From an uncultured delta proteobacterium (lineage in GTDB: Bacteria; Myxococcota_A; Polyangia; Haliangiales; Haliangiaceae): a stretch of 64,000 bases of DNA. The notes beneath the pieces were generated by a model that made no database searches, was not told the origin of the DNA, and saw nothing but the letters and a program-made list of their open reading frames with translations. The position numbers and the translations under genes were made by a program. This document shows, in pieces, positions 24,528-34,226 of this stretch. The stretch's first letter is position 1. Each line of letters begins with the position of its first letter. The DNA is taken from positions 64,001-128,000 of the forward strand of contig CAWKDB010000010.1 of assembly GCA_963848295.1 (NCBI GenBank), given 5' to 3'.

Positions 24528-26075
24528 ATGCAGCGCGCGGGCTTCGCGATCGGCGCGGCGCTGATCGCGGTCGGCTTCGCGCTCCCGCACCTGCGCCGCG
24601 TGTTGATCGCCGACGTCGTGACCTGGGACGCCGAACCGAGCGAGCCAGCGCAGCTGCCGGTGGGCGCCGGTCGGGGCCTGCCCCCGGCCGGCAGCGCCGC
24701 CGAAGGGCGGCGCGGTTCAATCGACGGTCCGGGGCTGGCGCCGACCGCCCGCACGCGCGTGCTCTTGATCGACGGGCTCGCTGCCGACGTCGCCGCGACC
24801 CTCCCGGCGTGGACCGAGACGTGCGCGCGCGGCGTCGCGGTGACCGTCGACGTCGGGTTCCCGACCGTGTCGCTGCCGGTCGAGGTCGCGCTGTGGTCGG
24901 GGCTCACCCAGCAGCAGACCGGCGTCGTCGGCCATCAGGGGCGGCCGCTCGTGCCGCCGCTCGATCGCCGCGCGATCCCGGCGCAGGTCGCGGGCAGCCG
25001 TGCGCTCGCGGAGAACCACGGTTACATCGTGCGCTCGCTCGGGTTCGCGACCGCGGAGCCGGCCGCCGCCGCCGATGGCCTCGGCGACGCCGATCTCGAG
25101 CATTGGGCGGCGCAGTTCGAGCCGCGCGCGATCGCTGCGGTCGCGAGTGATGCGGCGCTGGTGTTCGTCCACATCTTGCGCGTCGATAACGCCGGCCATC
25201 GCTCCGGCAAGGACTCGGATCAGTACCGCGACGCCGCACAGCGAGCCGATGCGCTGCTCGCGAGGCTCGTCGCCGCGGCGGGCAGCGACGCGCGCTGGTT
25301 CTTGCTGTCCGACCACGGCCACCTGCCGGGCGGCGGTCACGGCGGCGCGGAGCGCGTGATCCGTCAGGTCGCCGGCTGCATTGTCGGCCCCGGGCTCGCG
25401 CCGAACGCAGCGCATCCGGTGATCCACGTCGTCGACATCGCGCGCGCGATCGCCGATTCGGTCGGCGCGAAGCTCGACCCGGCGTCGCGCGGTCGCCCGC
25501 TGTCGGTCGCGTTGCGGGTTCCGCTCGTCGATGACGAGGCGCTGCCGAGTCAACCGATCGTGCCCGCCGCGCTCGCGATCGTGATCGTCGTGCTCGGGGC
25601 GGCGGCGATGGCGTGGGCCAGCGCGCGGTGGTGGCTCGCCGCGTGGTGGTGGCTGCTCGCGTGCGCCGCGCTCGTCGTCGTCCGCGGCGTCCCGACGCTA
25701 TCGAGGCCGATGATCTACTCGCCGGAAGGCCGCACGATGTGGCTCGCGTGGTCGCCGCTGCTCGCGGTCGCGTGCGTGATGACGTACGTCGCGCTCGGGC
25801 GCACGACGCTGTGGCGCGCGGTCACCGCGCAGCTCGCGCTACCGTTCGCGGCGGCCGCGGCGGCGATCACGGCGTGCGGCGGCTGGCCCGCGGTGTTCGG
25901 TGCCGAGGTCGCGCCGGTCGTGCCGCACTACACCGCGTGGATGTCGCCGCTCGTGCTCATGGCTGCGCAGGGGGCGGCGGCGGTCGGCCTTGCTGTTCTC
26001 GGAAAGTCTTGCCGGCAGGCGATCGATCGACGCGGACGTCCGGAATCGCCGCGTACATCGAGAGCAGGCGCTTGA
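24528..26075 (+). CDS. Membrane alkaline-phosphatase-superfamily protein
   Basis: LLIDGL, PTVS, VDNAGH, LSDHG metal motifs; C-terminal TM segments. Confidence 0.75.
   Translation: MQRAGFAIGAALIAVGFALPHLRRVLIADVVTWDAEPSEPAQLPVGAGRGLPPAGSAAEGRRGSIDGPGLAPTARTRVLLIDGLAADVAATLPAWTETCARGVAVTVDVGFPTVSLPVEVALWSGLTQQQTGVVGHQGRPLVPPLDRRAIPAQVAGSRALAENHGYIVRSLGFATAEPAAAADGLGDADLEHWAAQFEPRAIAAVASDAALVFVHILRVDNAGHRSGKDSDQYRDAAQRADALLARLVAAAGSDARWFLLSDHGHLPGGGHGGAERVIRQVAGCIVGPGLAPNAAHPVIHVVDIARAIADSVGAKLDPASRGRPLSVALRVPLVDDEALPSQPIVPAALAIVIVVLGAAAMAWASARWWLAAWWWLLACAALVVVRGVPTLSRPMIYSPEGRTMWLAWSPLLAVACVMTYVALGRTTLWRAVTAQLALPFAAAAAAITACGGWPAVFGAEVAPVVPHYTAWMSPLVLMAAQGAAAVGLAVLGKSCRQAIDRRGRPESPRTSRAGA
24668..24724 (+). 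repeat. Dispersed two-hairpin repeat copy, sense, encoding GRGLPPAGSAAEGRRGSID
   Basis: Hairpin 1 ggtcgggg/ccccggcc; GCAG; hairpin 2 gcgccgcc-gaag-ggcggcgc; ends in TCGA. Confidence 0.85.
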
Positions 26076-28101
26076 CGATGTCGGGGTGCTGGGCGGCGAG
26101 GTCGTCGTGCTCGGCCGGATCGCGCTCGAGGTCGTAGAGCTCGGTCAGGTTGTCGGCCGGCTTGACGATGAGGTGATACGGCCACACGACCGCGCCGTGC
26201 TGCTTCTCTTCGTGCAACGCGATCGCGCGCTCGGTGACGCGCAGCGCGGGGGGCGCATCGAGCAACGCGGGCACGAGATCGACGCCATCGAGCGGCGCCA
26301 TCGCGGTCGCCGCGCCGAGCAGATCGAGCAACGTCGGCGCGATGTCGACCAGCGACACCGGATCGACGCGCTGGCCGGGCGCGACGCCGGGCACGTAGAT
26401 CGCGAACGGGATCCGCACGAGCGGGCCATAGGTCACCTCGCCGTGGGTCTCCGGGAACCGCGGATCTTCGCCGAGCGACTCGCCGTGGTCGCTGAGGAAC
26501 ACGACGATCGTGTGATCCGCCTCGTGCCGCGCGTCGAGCTCGGCGAGGACCTCGCCGACTCCGTCGTCGATCGCGTGGAGCAGCGCGCGATAGCCGTGAG
26601 CGACCGGCGAGCCGCCGTCGTGAACGAGCGCGAGCAACGGCTTCGGCACATCGATCTGATGGTGCTCGTGGACGTCGAAGTAATGCAGCCAGATGAAGAA
26701 CGGCTCGGCGGCGACCGCCTGCACGCCGACCTCGGTCGTCGCGGCCGCGCTGACGTGGTCGCCGACATCCGCGACCTGGCCGTCGGTGCGCACCGTCGTG
26801 AAGTGATCGACGCCGCGGCGGATCAGCGTGTCGCCGACGAACCGCGTGACCTCGCCAGGAATCGCCGCCGAGGTCTGGCGGCCGAGCGCGTGCAGCGCGT
26901 CGATCAGCGTGGCGCGCGTCGGCTGGTACGGATCGAACCGGCCGGTGAGCAACGTGGACAGCGAGACATCGGTGCCGGAGGCCGGCGCGATCGCGTGGGT
27001 GAACCATACCGAATCGTCGAGTAGCTTCGCGATATGCGGGAAGTCGGCGCGATCGGGGGCACCCGGCGCGAGTGGATCGAAGCGCAACGCGTCGACCGTG
27101 ATCAGGAGGACGTTCATCGTCTTGGTGCGGGCCAGCACGCTCTGGACCGCCGGCGATGCGCGCCAGCCCTGGAGATCGAGCGGTTTCGGCTTCGGCGGGG
27201 GTGGCGGTGCCGGCATCGCATCGAGCCCGTCGCAGTTTTGATCGATGCCATCGCCGGGGATGTCGATCGCGCCGGGATGGATCGCGGGATCGAAGTCATC
27301 GCAATCGCCACCGCCGAGGATCGGCGACGCCCCATCGCGATCGAAGTCGACGAGCCAGCGCCAGGTCGCGACCAGATCGCGGCTCTGGTCACCGAACGTC
27401 GCGAGTTGCTCGCGATCCGCCGGCACCTGTAGGCCGTAGCACGCCGCCGCCGCGCCCGTGCCCACCGCGAGCCCCGCGATCACGGCCGCAAACGCCACCG
27501 GCACGGTCGCCCGCCGCGTGATCCGCAGCGCGACGCCGAGCACGACGATGATCGCGATCGTCACGCCTTGATGCGCGCTCGGATAGCCGGTGCGCAACAG
27601 CTCGCGCTCGCCGTAGATCAGCCCGGACGCGGTCGCGGCGAGCAGCAGCACGACCGTCGCGCGCCACATCAGATCGCCCGAGCGCAGCATCCGCCGGCCG
27701 ATCGCGATCGCGACCGCCGAGATCAGCCACAGCACGAGCGGCAACGCCCACGGCGCGTACTTCGCATAGGACAACGTCTGCGCGAACGCCCCGTCGAACA
27801 GCGTGGCACACACCGGCGCGGTGACCGCCGCGGTCGGCGCGCTCAACGCGAGCGCGACGAACCACCACGGCGCGCGCCGGACGAGCAGCGAGATCACCGC
27901 GATGACGCAGCCGACGATCAACCCGGTGAACGCGAACACCGGCGGAATCGCTAGGCTCAGGCCGACGCGATCGAGCCGGACCGCTTCGAGGACCCCGACC
28001 GCGAGCGCGGCGAGCACGTGGGCGCTGATGATCCAGCCGATCGGGATGGGGTCGGGTCGCGCCGGGGTGCGACCGGCGACGCCGGCTGCGCGCGAGGACA
28101 T
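25957..28101 (-). CDS. Membrane sulfatase-like hydrolase/transferase with MopE-like metal-binding motif
   Basis: N-terminal TM segments; GGGDCDD..IHPGAIDIPGDGIDQNCDG; NVLLITVDALR, HYFDVH, SDHGE; start may be 28137. Confidence 0.8.
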   Translation of the reverse strand: MSSRAAGVAGRTPARPDPIPIGWIISAHVLAALAVGVLEAVRLDRVGLSLAIPPVFAFTGLIVGCVIAVISLLVRRAPWWFVALALSAPTAAVTAPVCATLFDGAFAQTLSYAKYAPWALPLVLWLISAVAIAIGRRMLRSGDLMWRATVVLLLAATASGLIYGERELLRTGYPSAHQGVTIAIIVVLGVALRITRRATVPVAFAAVIAGLAVGTGAAAACYGLQVPADREQLATFGDQSRDLVATWRWLVDFDRDGASPILGGGDCDDFDPAIHPGAIDIPGDGIDQNCDGLDAMPAPPPPPKPKPLDLQGWRASPAVQSVLARTKTMNVLLITVDALRFDPLAPGAPDRADFPHIAKLLDDSVWFTHAIAPASGTDVSLSTLLTGRFDPYQPTRATLIDALHALGRQTSAAIPGEVTRFVGDTLIRRGVDHFTTVRTDGQVADVGDHVSAAATTEVGVQAVAAEPFFIWLHYFDVHEHHQIDVPKPLLALVHDGGSPVAHGYRALLHAIDDGVGEVLAELDARHEADHTIVVFLSDHGESLGEDPRFPETHGEVTYGPLVRIPFAIYVPGVAPGQRVDPVSLVDIAPTLLDLLGAATAMAPLDGVDLVPALLDAPPALRVTERAIALHEEKQHGAVVWPYHLIVKPADNLTELYDLERDPAEHDDLAAQHPDIVKRLLSMYAAIPDVRVDRSPAGKTFREQQGRPPPPPAQP

Positions 28102-28230
28102 CGGTCGATCTGACCACGGCGTGGCTCGCCGTGGCAACTAGCCTACGCCTCCGTACCGGAGGGCCTTCGGACCAGGGATTCGGCCATCCTTGCTGCGCCG
28201 GACCGCCGAGCGATCGATCGTCCTGGGACC

Positions 28231-28785
28231 TCAGGCCTTCGGCGGATACTTCTGGAGCTTGCGCTGCAGGCTGCGGCGGTGAATTCCGAGCCGGCGCGCG
28301 GCCTCCGAGATATTGCCGCCCGCGTCGGACAGCACGCGGTTGATGTGCTCCCACTCGGCGCGAGCGAGCGACGGGGCGCGATAATCGCCGGAGTCGGGCG
28401 GCGGCGGCTCGAGCGGCGGCGCTTCACCTCGGGCGAATGCGCCGATGATGTCGTCGGCATCGGCCGGCTTCGACAGGTAGTAGGTCGCGCCGAGCCGCAC
28501 CGCGTCGATCGCGGTCGCGATGCTGCCATACCCCGTCAACACGACGATCTTGGTCGCCGGGTCGATCTCGCGCAGCGCCTTGACCAGCTCGAGCCCGCTC
28601 TTGCCCGGCATCTTGAGGTCGACGACCGCGAGCTCCGGCGAATCGCTGGCCGCAGCCGCCACGCCGGCGTCGTAGTCACCGCCGGTCCGGACGTCATAGC
28701 CGCGGTCGGTGAACGCGCGGCCGAGCCGGGTGCGATAGACCTCATCGTCGTCGACGATCAGGATCGATAGCTCTTGCTCGCCCAT
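28231..28785 (-). CDS. regA: RegA/PrrA-family response regulator
   Basis: Receiver domain plus SLARAEWEHINRVL..GGNISEAARRLGIHRRSLQRKL. Confidence 0.9.
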   Translation of the reverse strand: MGEQELSILIVDDDEVYRTRLGRAFTDRGYDVRTGGDYDAGVAAAASDSPELAVVDLKMPGKSGLELVKALREIDPATKIVVLTGYGSIATAIDAVRLGATYYLSKPADADDIIGAFARGEAPPLEPPPPDSGDYRAPSLARAEWEHINRVLSDAGGNISEAARRLGIHRRSLQRKLQKYPPKA

Positions 28786-28862
28786 GGCCGTTGGATACCA
28801 CCACCTGTGAGATCGATGCACGCATAGTGAACGCCCCTGCACGACCGCGACATCGCTGGTGT

Positions 28863-30149
28863 TCACGGGATCGATCGCGCCGACCTAGCGGCATCGGTCG
28901 GCAGCTCGACGCGGACCTCGGTGCCGTGCGCGCCCGAATCGATCCGCAGCGTGCCGCCGACGCCCTCGATCACCGCGCGCGCGAGGAACAGCCCGAGCCC
29001 CATGCCGCGGCCCGGTGCCTTCGTCGTGTAGAACGGCTCGCCGATCCGCGCCATGACGTCGGCCGGGATCCCGGGCCCGCGGTCGCGAATGGCGACATCG
29101 AGCACGTCGCCGCGGCGGCCAGCAACGACGACGACCGCGGCGGCCGCCGGCGAGGCATCTTGCGCGTTCGTCACGAGCGACCGCAACGCTTGGCTCACCG
29201 CGCGAGGCGGCAAGCGCAACGGTGATTGCCCGACATCGTCGCTGAGCTCGCGCACCACGCTCGGCGATTCGCGCACGCCCACGAACGCCTCGTCGAGCAG
29301 CTCGCGCACGGTGCAAGACGCGACGTTCTCCCCGACCGTCCCGGCGCCCTGCGCCATCTGCTCGAGGATCGTCCGGCACCGGCCGACCTGCTCGCGGATC
29401 AACCGCGCATCCGCGGCGAGCCCGGCCTGATCGCCGAGCGCGTGCTCGAGCTCCTTCGCGGCGAGTGCGACCGTGCCGAGCGGCGTCGATAGCTCGTGGG
29501 CGGCACCGGCGGCCATCGTCGCGAGCGAGGCGAGTCGCTCTTGGCGCGCGGCGAGGCTACGCGCGAACGTCAGCTCGGTCTCCCGCGTCGCGAGCGCGCC
29601 GGTGATCCGCAGCAAGAAATACACGACGAACGCGGACGCGACCCCGAGCGCGACCCACATGCCGATCATCCGGCTGTCGTCGGGAATCACGAGCGGTTCG
29701 TGCGACAGCAGCAACAACCCGAAGCCGAGGAACGACAGGCCGACCAGCATCCACGTCCACCGCGCGCGCATCAGCACCGCGGCGAGCGCGATCTGCACGA
29801 GATAGAGAAAGCTGAACGGATTGTTGGGGCCGCCGGTGAAGTAGAGCAGCGCGGTGAGCAGCGCGATGTCGAGCGTCATCACCCCGGCGAGCTGCCACTC
29901 CGCAACCTCGCGGTGCGCGATCGCGTCCCCGCGACCGAAGAACCGCCCGCGATCACCGAAGTAATAGAGCTCGATCACGAGGTTCGACACCAGGCCGATG
30001 CCGATCACTGCGAACAGCGGAGCGATCGGGAGCCTGCCCCCGAGCAGGACCTGGCCGACCAAGACGGTCGCAGCCTGGCCCGCGAGCTCGGCCCAGCGCA
30101 GCCGCGCGAGCCACTGAATATTGACCCAGTTGCGTGCAGGAATGCTCAC
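28863..30149 (-). CDS. regB: RegB/PrrB-family sensor histidine kinase
   Basis: TGGPNNPF quinone-site-like motif, AAGAAHELSTPL H-box, RCRTIL cysteine, GMGLGLF. Confidence 0.88.
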   Translation of the reverse strand: MSIPARNWVNIQWLARLRWAELAGQAATVLVGQVLLGGRLPIAPLFAVIGIGLVSNLVIELYYFGDRGRFFGRGDAIAHREVAEWQLAGVMTLDIALLTALLYFTGGPNNPFSFLYLVQIALAAVLMRARWTWMLVGLSFLGFGLLLLSHEPLVIPDDSRMIGMWVALGVASAFVVYFLLRITGALATRETELTFARSLAARQERLASLATMAAGAAHELSTPLGTVALAAKELEHALGDQAGLAADARLIREQVGRCRTILEQMAQGAGTVGENVASCTVRELLDEAFVGVRESPSVVRELSDDVGQSPLRLPPRAVSQALRSLVTNAQDASPAAAAVVVVAGRRGDVLDVAIRDRGPGIPADVMARIGEPFYTTKAPGRGMGLGLFLARAVIEGVGGTLRIDSGAHGTEVRVELPTDAARSARSIP

Positions 30150-30171
30150 GCCGCACCCTGCACGGCTAACC

Positions 30172-31050
30172 CTACTTGGCCATCGTCGGCTCGAGCGACT
30201 TCAGTCCCTTGTCCAGCACCCACTGCTGGTAGTACTGCGCCGCCGGGGTCCCGGACGCGATCCGGTCGTTCGCCTTCTTCAGCTCCTCGTCGATCAGCGT
30301 GGTGAAGTTCTCGATCGGCATCGCGCCCGACATGAACCGGCCGTTGATGAAGAACGACGGGGTCGCGGCGACGCCGAGCTGCTGCAGGTCTTTCTGATCC
30401 TTCTGGATCAGGGCGTTGCATTCCTTCATGTCGGCTTTGAACTTGTCGGCGTTCATCCCGAGGTCGGTCGCGAACCCGAGGACGATCGGGCAACCCGCCT
30501 CGCTGTCCCAGCACCGCTTGGCCGGGCCACCGCCTTCGCCCGGTGCGTCCTTGTCGAACTGACGGCCCTTGAACCCCTTGTCCCACAGCGCGTTGTCCAT
30601 CTGATCGAACTTGCCCTGCCGGCTCGCGGCGCACGACGCCAGCGCGCCCGCGGTCGCGACCTGCGGATGGACGACGTACTGCTTGTAGACGATGCGGAGG
30701 TCGTTGCCGTACTTCTTCTTCAGCTCTTCCATCGTGTCGCGCACCCTCTCGCAGTACGGACAGGCGTAGTCGTAGGCCTTGACGAGCGTGACCTTGGCAT
30801 CGGCCGGGCCGTCGAACGGGTCGCCGTCGATCGGCATCGCGTAGGTCTTCGCGCGATCGGGCTCCGGGCGCTGGGGCCGCTGCTGGCCGCCGGCGCCGCG
30901 GCCGCCGTTCGCGATCAACTGGTCGAGCTTCTTGTCGACGCGCTCGAGTAGCGCGTGATCGGCCTTGAGCTGATCGTGGTCGGCCTCGTTCCCGTCGGCG
31001 GTACACGCGACCAACGACAACGCGGCAATGGTCATAACTAGTTTGTTCAT
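30172..31050 (-). CDS. DsbA-family thioredoxin lipoprotein
   Basis: Lipobox LVAC, DYACPYC, GVAATPSFFING. Confidence 0.88.
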   Translation of the reverse strand: MNKLVMTIAALSLVACTADGNEADHDQLKADHALLERVDKKLDQLIANGGRGAGGQQRPQRPEPDRAKTYAMPIDGDPFDGPADAKVTLVKAYDYACPYCERVRDTMEELKKKYGNDLRIVYKQYVVHPQVATAGALASCAASRQGKFDQMDNALWDKGFKGRQFDKDAPGEGGGPAKRCWDSEAGCPIVLGFATDLGMNADKFKADMKECNALIQKDQKDLQQLGVAATPSFFINGRFMSGAMPIENFTTLIDEELKKANDRIASGTPAAQYYQQWVLDKGLKSLEPTMAK

Positions 31051-32390
31051 CGCACGACTCCTTCGACTTGCTGACAAGTGTTCACGGACGGGGTCCCGGC
31101 GTTCATCAGCTCCGGGGTTGTAGCCTCAGGCTGGTCGCAATTGCAACACAGCGGTTCGTCGAGCAAAGACTCGAGCTCGGCCGCAGCATACGGATCGAGC
31201 GTCGATACGAGCTCGTCCTGGCGGGCGCGCAGCTGCGCTTGCAGCTCGCACGCTTCATCGCGCGACAACACCCCGTCGCCATCGAGGTCGGCCTCGGGGT
31301 GCGCGAGCATGAGCTTCGCGGCGAGCTGCGGGGTGTACCGACACGCGATGCGAGCGGCGGACGCGCCGGCGGTACGGGCGCCGCCGAGCACGACCGCGAC
31401 CCACGCAGCGAGCGCGAGCGTGTAGCCGAGGCCCGAGCGACGTGCCGCAGGCGGCCCTAGCACGGCGCGGACGCGGGCGTCGAGCGCGCGCGGCATCGCG
31501 AGCGCGAGCGAGCCATCGATCCACCCGCGCCGGCGTTCGGCGGCGCTGCCGGCGAGGGTTCCCTCGCCGTCGAGGTGGAGCGCGGCCATCCGCACGAGCA
31601 ACCGCGCGTAGGTCGGACGCGGCAACTCGCCCGCCTCCACGGCCCAGGCATCGCACGCGGCCTCGCGTGCGAGCTCGAGCCGGCGACTCGCGAGCAGCGC
31701 GACCGGCCACCAGAAGAACGCGGCGCACGCGACGAGCTGAAATGCGCGACCGATCGCATCGCGGCGCCGCACGTGCGCGAGCTCGTGCAACAGCGCCGCG
31801 CGCAGCAACGCGGGCTCGGCGACGAGCACCGCCGGAACGACGATCGTCGAGTGCCACCCGCCGACGACATGCGGCCCCGATGCCGCGACGACCAGCCGCG
31901 GTACGGGCAACTTCGCGCGCCGAGCGAGCTCTGCGAGCAGCGCGAGGGCAGCAAACGGAGCTGGCTTCGCGAGCCGCGCGGCGCGGGCGAGCCGGTGCGA
32001 TCGGACGAGCGCGCGGGTCAGCGACAGCGCGGCGCCGACGAGCCAGATCGTCGCGACCGCGAGGTAACCGACGGCGGGCCACGCACGAGCCGCGGGGAGC
32101 GGTGCGGCCAGCGTCGCCGGCAACGCGCTCGGCGTCGCACCGGCGCCGTGATGAAACAGCCCGGCGACGAGGTCGGACAGCGACCATGGCAGCGCCGGGC
32201 CCCATGGCAGCGCGAACTTTACGATCACGACGAGCCAGATCGCGGCTTGCCAGCTCGGGCGCAGCCGGCCGGCACGCGCGATCGCGAGCGCGAGCAGCGC
32301 GACGATCGTGCCCTGCACCGCGATCATGCCGAGCGTCGCGAGCGTGGTCTTCGCGACCGCACCGGCGGAGACGAGCGTCGCGACCGTCAC
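31047..32390 (-). CDS. BlaR1-like M56 metallopeptidase with EF-hand-like, Cys-rich C-terminus
   Basis: LLHELAHVRRRD, FFWWP, REAACDAWA; DLDGDGVLSRDE; CCNC; GTG start overlaps the blaI-like stop. Confidence 0.85.
   Translation of the reverse strand: MTVATLVSAGAVAKTTLATLGMIAVQGTIVALLALAIARAGRLRPSWQAAIWLVVIVKFALPWGPALPWSLSDLVAGLFHHGAGATPSALPATLAAPLPAARAWPAVGYLAVATIWLVGAALSLTRALVRSHRLARAARLAKPAPFAALALLAELARRAKLPVPRLVVAASGPHVVGGWHSTIVVPAVLVAEPALLRAALLHELAHVRRRDAIGRAFQLVACAAFFWWPVALLASRRLELAREAACDAWAVEAGELPRPTYARLLVRMAALHLDGEGTLAGSAAERRRGWIDGSLALAMPRALDARVRAVLGPPAARRSGLGYTLALAAWVAVVLGGARTAGASAARIACRYTPQLAAKLMLAHPEADLDGDGVLSRDEACELQAQLRARQDELVSTLDPYAAAELESLLDEPLCCNCDQPEATTPELMNAGTPSVNTCQQVEGVVR
31516..31569 (-). 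repeat. Dispersed two-hairpin repeat copy, 54 bp, sense in the M56 gene, encoding GEGTLAGSAAERRRGWID
   Basis: Hairpin ggcgaggg-aa-ccctcgcc; 31513-31553 matches 24687-24727 at 35/41; TCGA at both ends (31516, 31570). Confidence 0.8.
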
Positions 32391-32806
32391 GTGCGGTCCT
32401 TGCGCTTGCGCGCCGGCTTGGCGGGCGCTTGAGCTTCGGCGACCGCGATCCGCCGCTCGATCGCGCGCAGCTCCTCGCGCGTCAGCGCCGCGTCCTCGAC
32501 CAAGCTCAACACGAGCGAATCGGCGTTGCCGTCGAACACGTCGCGCACGAACTCGCGCAACCGCTCGCCGAGCACCGATTCGCGACGATAGGCGGCGCGA
32601 TACACGAACGGCTCGCGCGCGCGATCGACATCGACCGCGCCCTTGCCGGCGAGCCGACCCAGGAGCGTCATCACCGTCGTATAGGCGACCTCGTGGCGTC
32701 TCGCCGCGAGCTCGGCGCGAACCTCGGCGACCGACGCCGAGCCGAGCTGCCACAGCGTCTTCATGACGCGGAGCTCGGCGGGCGTGAGGTCGGGGCAGCG
32801 GGGCAT
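32387..32806 (-). CDS. BlaI/MecI/CopY-family repressor
   Basis: LTPAELRVMKTLW, AYTTVMTLLGRLAGKG, FVRDVFDGN. Confidence 0.92.
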   Translation of the reverse strand: MPRCPDLTPAELRVMKTLWQLGSASVAEVRAELAARRHEVAYTTVMTLLGRLAGKGAVDVDRAREPFVYRAAYRRESVLGERLREFVRDVFDGNADSLVLSLVEDAALTREELRAIERRIAVAEAQAPAKPARKRKDRT

Positions 32807-32829
32807 GGTTATTACGTCGTTCGTATGAT

Positions 32830-32845
32830 TACTACAGACGTAGTA
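32830..32845. promoter_or_regulatory. Putative BlaI/CopY-type operator overlapping the promoter
   Basis: Palindrome TACTAC-agac-GTAGTA (core TACAgaCGTA versus TACAnnTGTA); TTGACG -35-like hexamer on the minus strand at 32855-32850. Confidence 0.7.
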
Positions 32846-32898
32846 CGAACGTCAACACCGGTCTAGAACCGGCGTGACCTCGCCCGCATTCCGCTCCG

Positions 32899-34155
32899 CT
32901 ACAGGCCGGCTTGGTTGAGGTAGGCGACGATCGCGGCGGTCTCGTTGACCGTGCGTTGATTCACCGCGAAGTCGGCCCCGACGTAGCTGAACGAGTGGAT
33001 GTTGAGCTCGGCGCCCTGGTTGAATGTCGGCTTCATCTCCGACGGCAGCACGTAGACGCCGTCGGCGGTGAACGCATCGGGCGCGTTCGCTTCGACCAGC
33101 TGGAACAGCGGCTCCGCCACCGTCATCTCGGTCGGCGTCGCGAGGTGACAACTCGCACAGTCGATCGTGTTCGGCGAGTTGCGCGCCGGGTGATCGACGT
33201 GGACCAACCCCTCGAACGCGGTGTGGAGCTCGGTGGGGGTCAGCTGCTGCGCGGTGTTCGCCGACGCGAGCGGCTCGAAGTTGTCGGCGCTCGATGTCGC
33301 CGGGGTGAACTGCTCGGTCCCGTCGGTCTCACCGCTCCCGCTGCCACTGCCACTGTCGCTGCCGGCGTCGGTGAGCTCCTCGGACACGAACTGCTGCTGT
33401 TCCGCACCGCCGAGCGTCGGGATCACCATCGGCGTGACCACGGCGGCCATCGCATCGGTGACATCGAAGCCTTGGAACGTCCACAGGAAGTCTGGATCGG
33501 TCGCGGACAGCGTGGTCACCCGCGTCAGGTTCGAGGGCCCTGCGTGAGCGACGATGAGGTCGTAGACCGCGTGAGCCATCGCGCCATCGGCGCCCTGCTC
33601 GACCATGATCGGATGTGGCGCCAGGCCGCCGAGGCGCTCGCCGTTCGACGACGCCGCGCGCGCCTGACCGATCGCGGTCGCGATCTCGATCAGCTCGGCG
33701 CGCGAGATCGTGTAGAACGCGTGCACCGCGGAGTCCGCCGCAAACGATCCGGTGGTCCCGACCGCGGTGATCGACTGGAAGATCAACCGGAGCTGCGCCA
33801 CGCAGCCGGTGCCGTGCGGATCCGGCGCCAGCGCGGCGAAGCACGGATCGAGGCGCATCGCCACGACGTGCAGGGAGTCATACGTCGCGTTGTCGGAATC
33901 CGGCCCGCCGTTCTCCAGCTGCGTCGACCCGGCGATGCCGCCGACCGCGGTGTACAGCGCCTCGGGCAACAGCGGCCCACCGACGCCCATGGTCGACGCC
34001 GCGGGGTACACGGACGGCGCGCTCGACAGGGGGAACAATACGCTGACGTCGTTCATCTGGACCGGGCCGGCGGTCGGACCGATCGGTGGCGACTGATCCG
34101 TCGTGCAGCCGACGGCGACCACGAACATGAAGGCGAGGCTAGGTGTCGGTCGCAT
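32899..34155 (-). CDS. Lipoprotein with one CxxCH motif
   Basis: Lipobox AVGC; DCASCH near the C-terminus; start ATG 34155. Confidence 0.7.
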   Translation of the reverse strand: MRPTPSLAFMFVVAVGCTTDQSPPIGPTAGPVQMNDVSVLFPLSSAPSVYPAASTMGVGGPLLPEALYTAVGGIAGSTQLENGGPDSDNATYDSLHVVAMRLDPCFAALAPDPHGTGCVAQLRLIFQSITAVGTTGSFAADSAVHAFYTISRAELIEIATAIGQARAASSNGERLGGLAPHPIMVEQGADGAMAHAVYDLIVAHAGPSNLTRVTTLSATDPDFLWTFQGFDVTDAMAAVVTPMVIPTLGGAEQQQFVSEELTDAGSDSGSGSGSGETDGTEQFTPATSSADNFEPLASANTAQQLTPTELHTAFEGLVHVDHPARNSPNTIDCASCHLATPTEMTVAEPLFQLVEANAPDAFTADGVYVLPSEMKPTFNQGAELNIHSFSYVGADFAVNQRTVNETAAIVAYLNQAGL

Positions 34156-34226
34156 GCCCGGCGCATTCAGCAAGGTCCGAGCCAACCGACGAGCACCCAC
34201 CTCGTCGAGCGCGAGCCGCGGTCGCC

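Noticed and set aside
28141..28230. Structured intergenic region between regA and the sulfatase gene as ncRNA or MITE
   Set aside because: Short hairpins only, single copy in the window, no recognisable family.
30521..30542. GCGAAGGCGG-containing palindrome in the DsbA insert as another repeat copy
   Set aside because: Only a 6-bp stem, no second hairpin and no TCGA flanks; explained by GEGG codons, as at similar sites in accA and the kinase.
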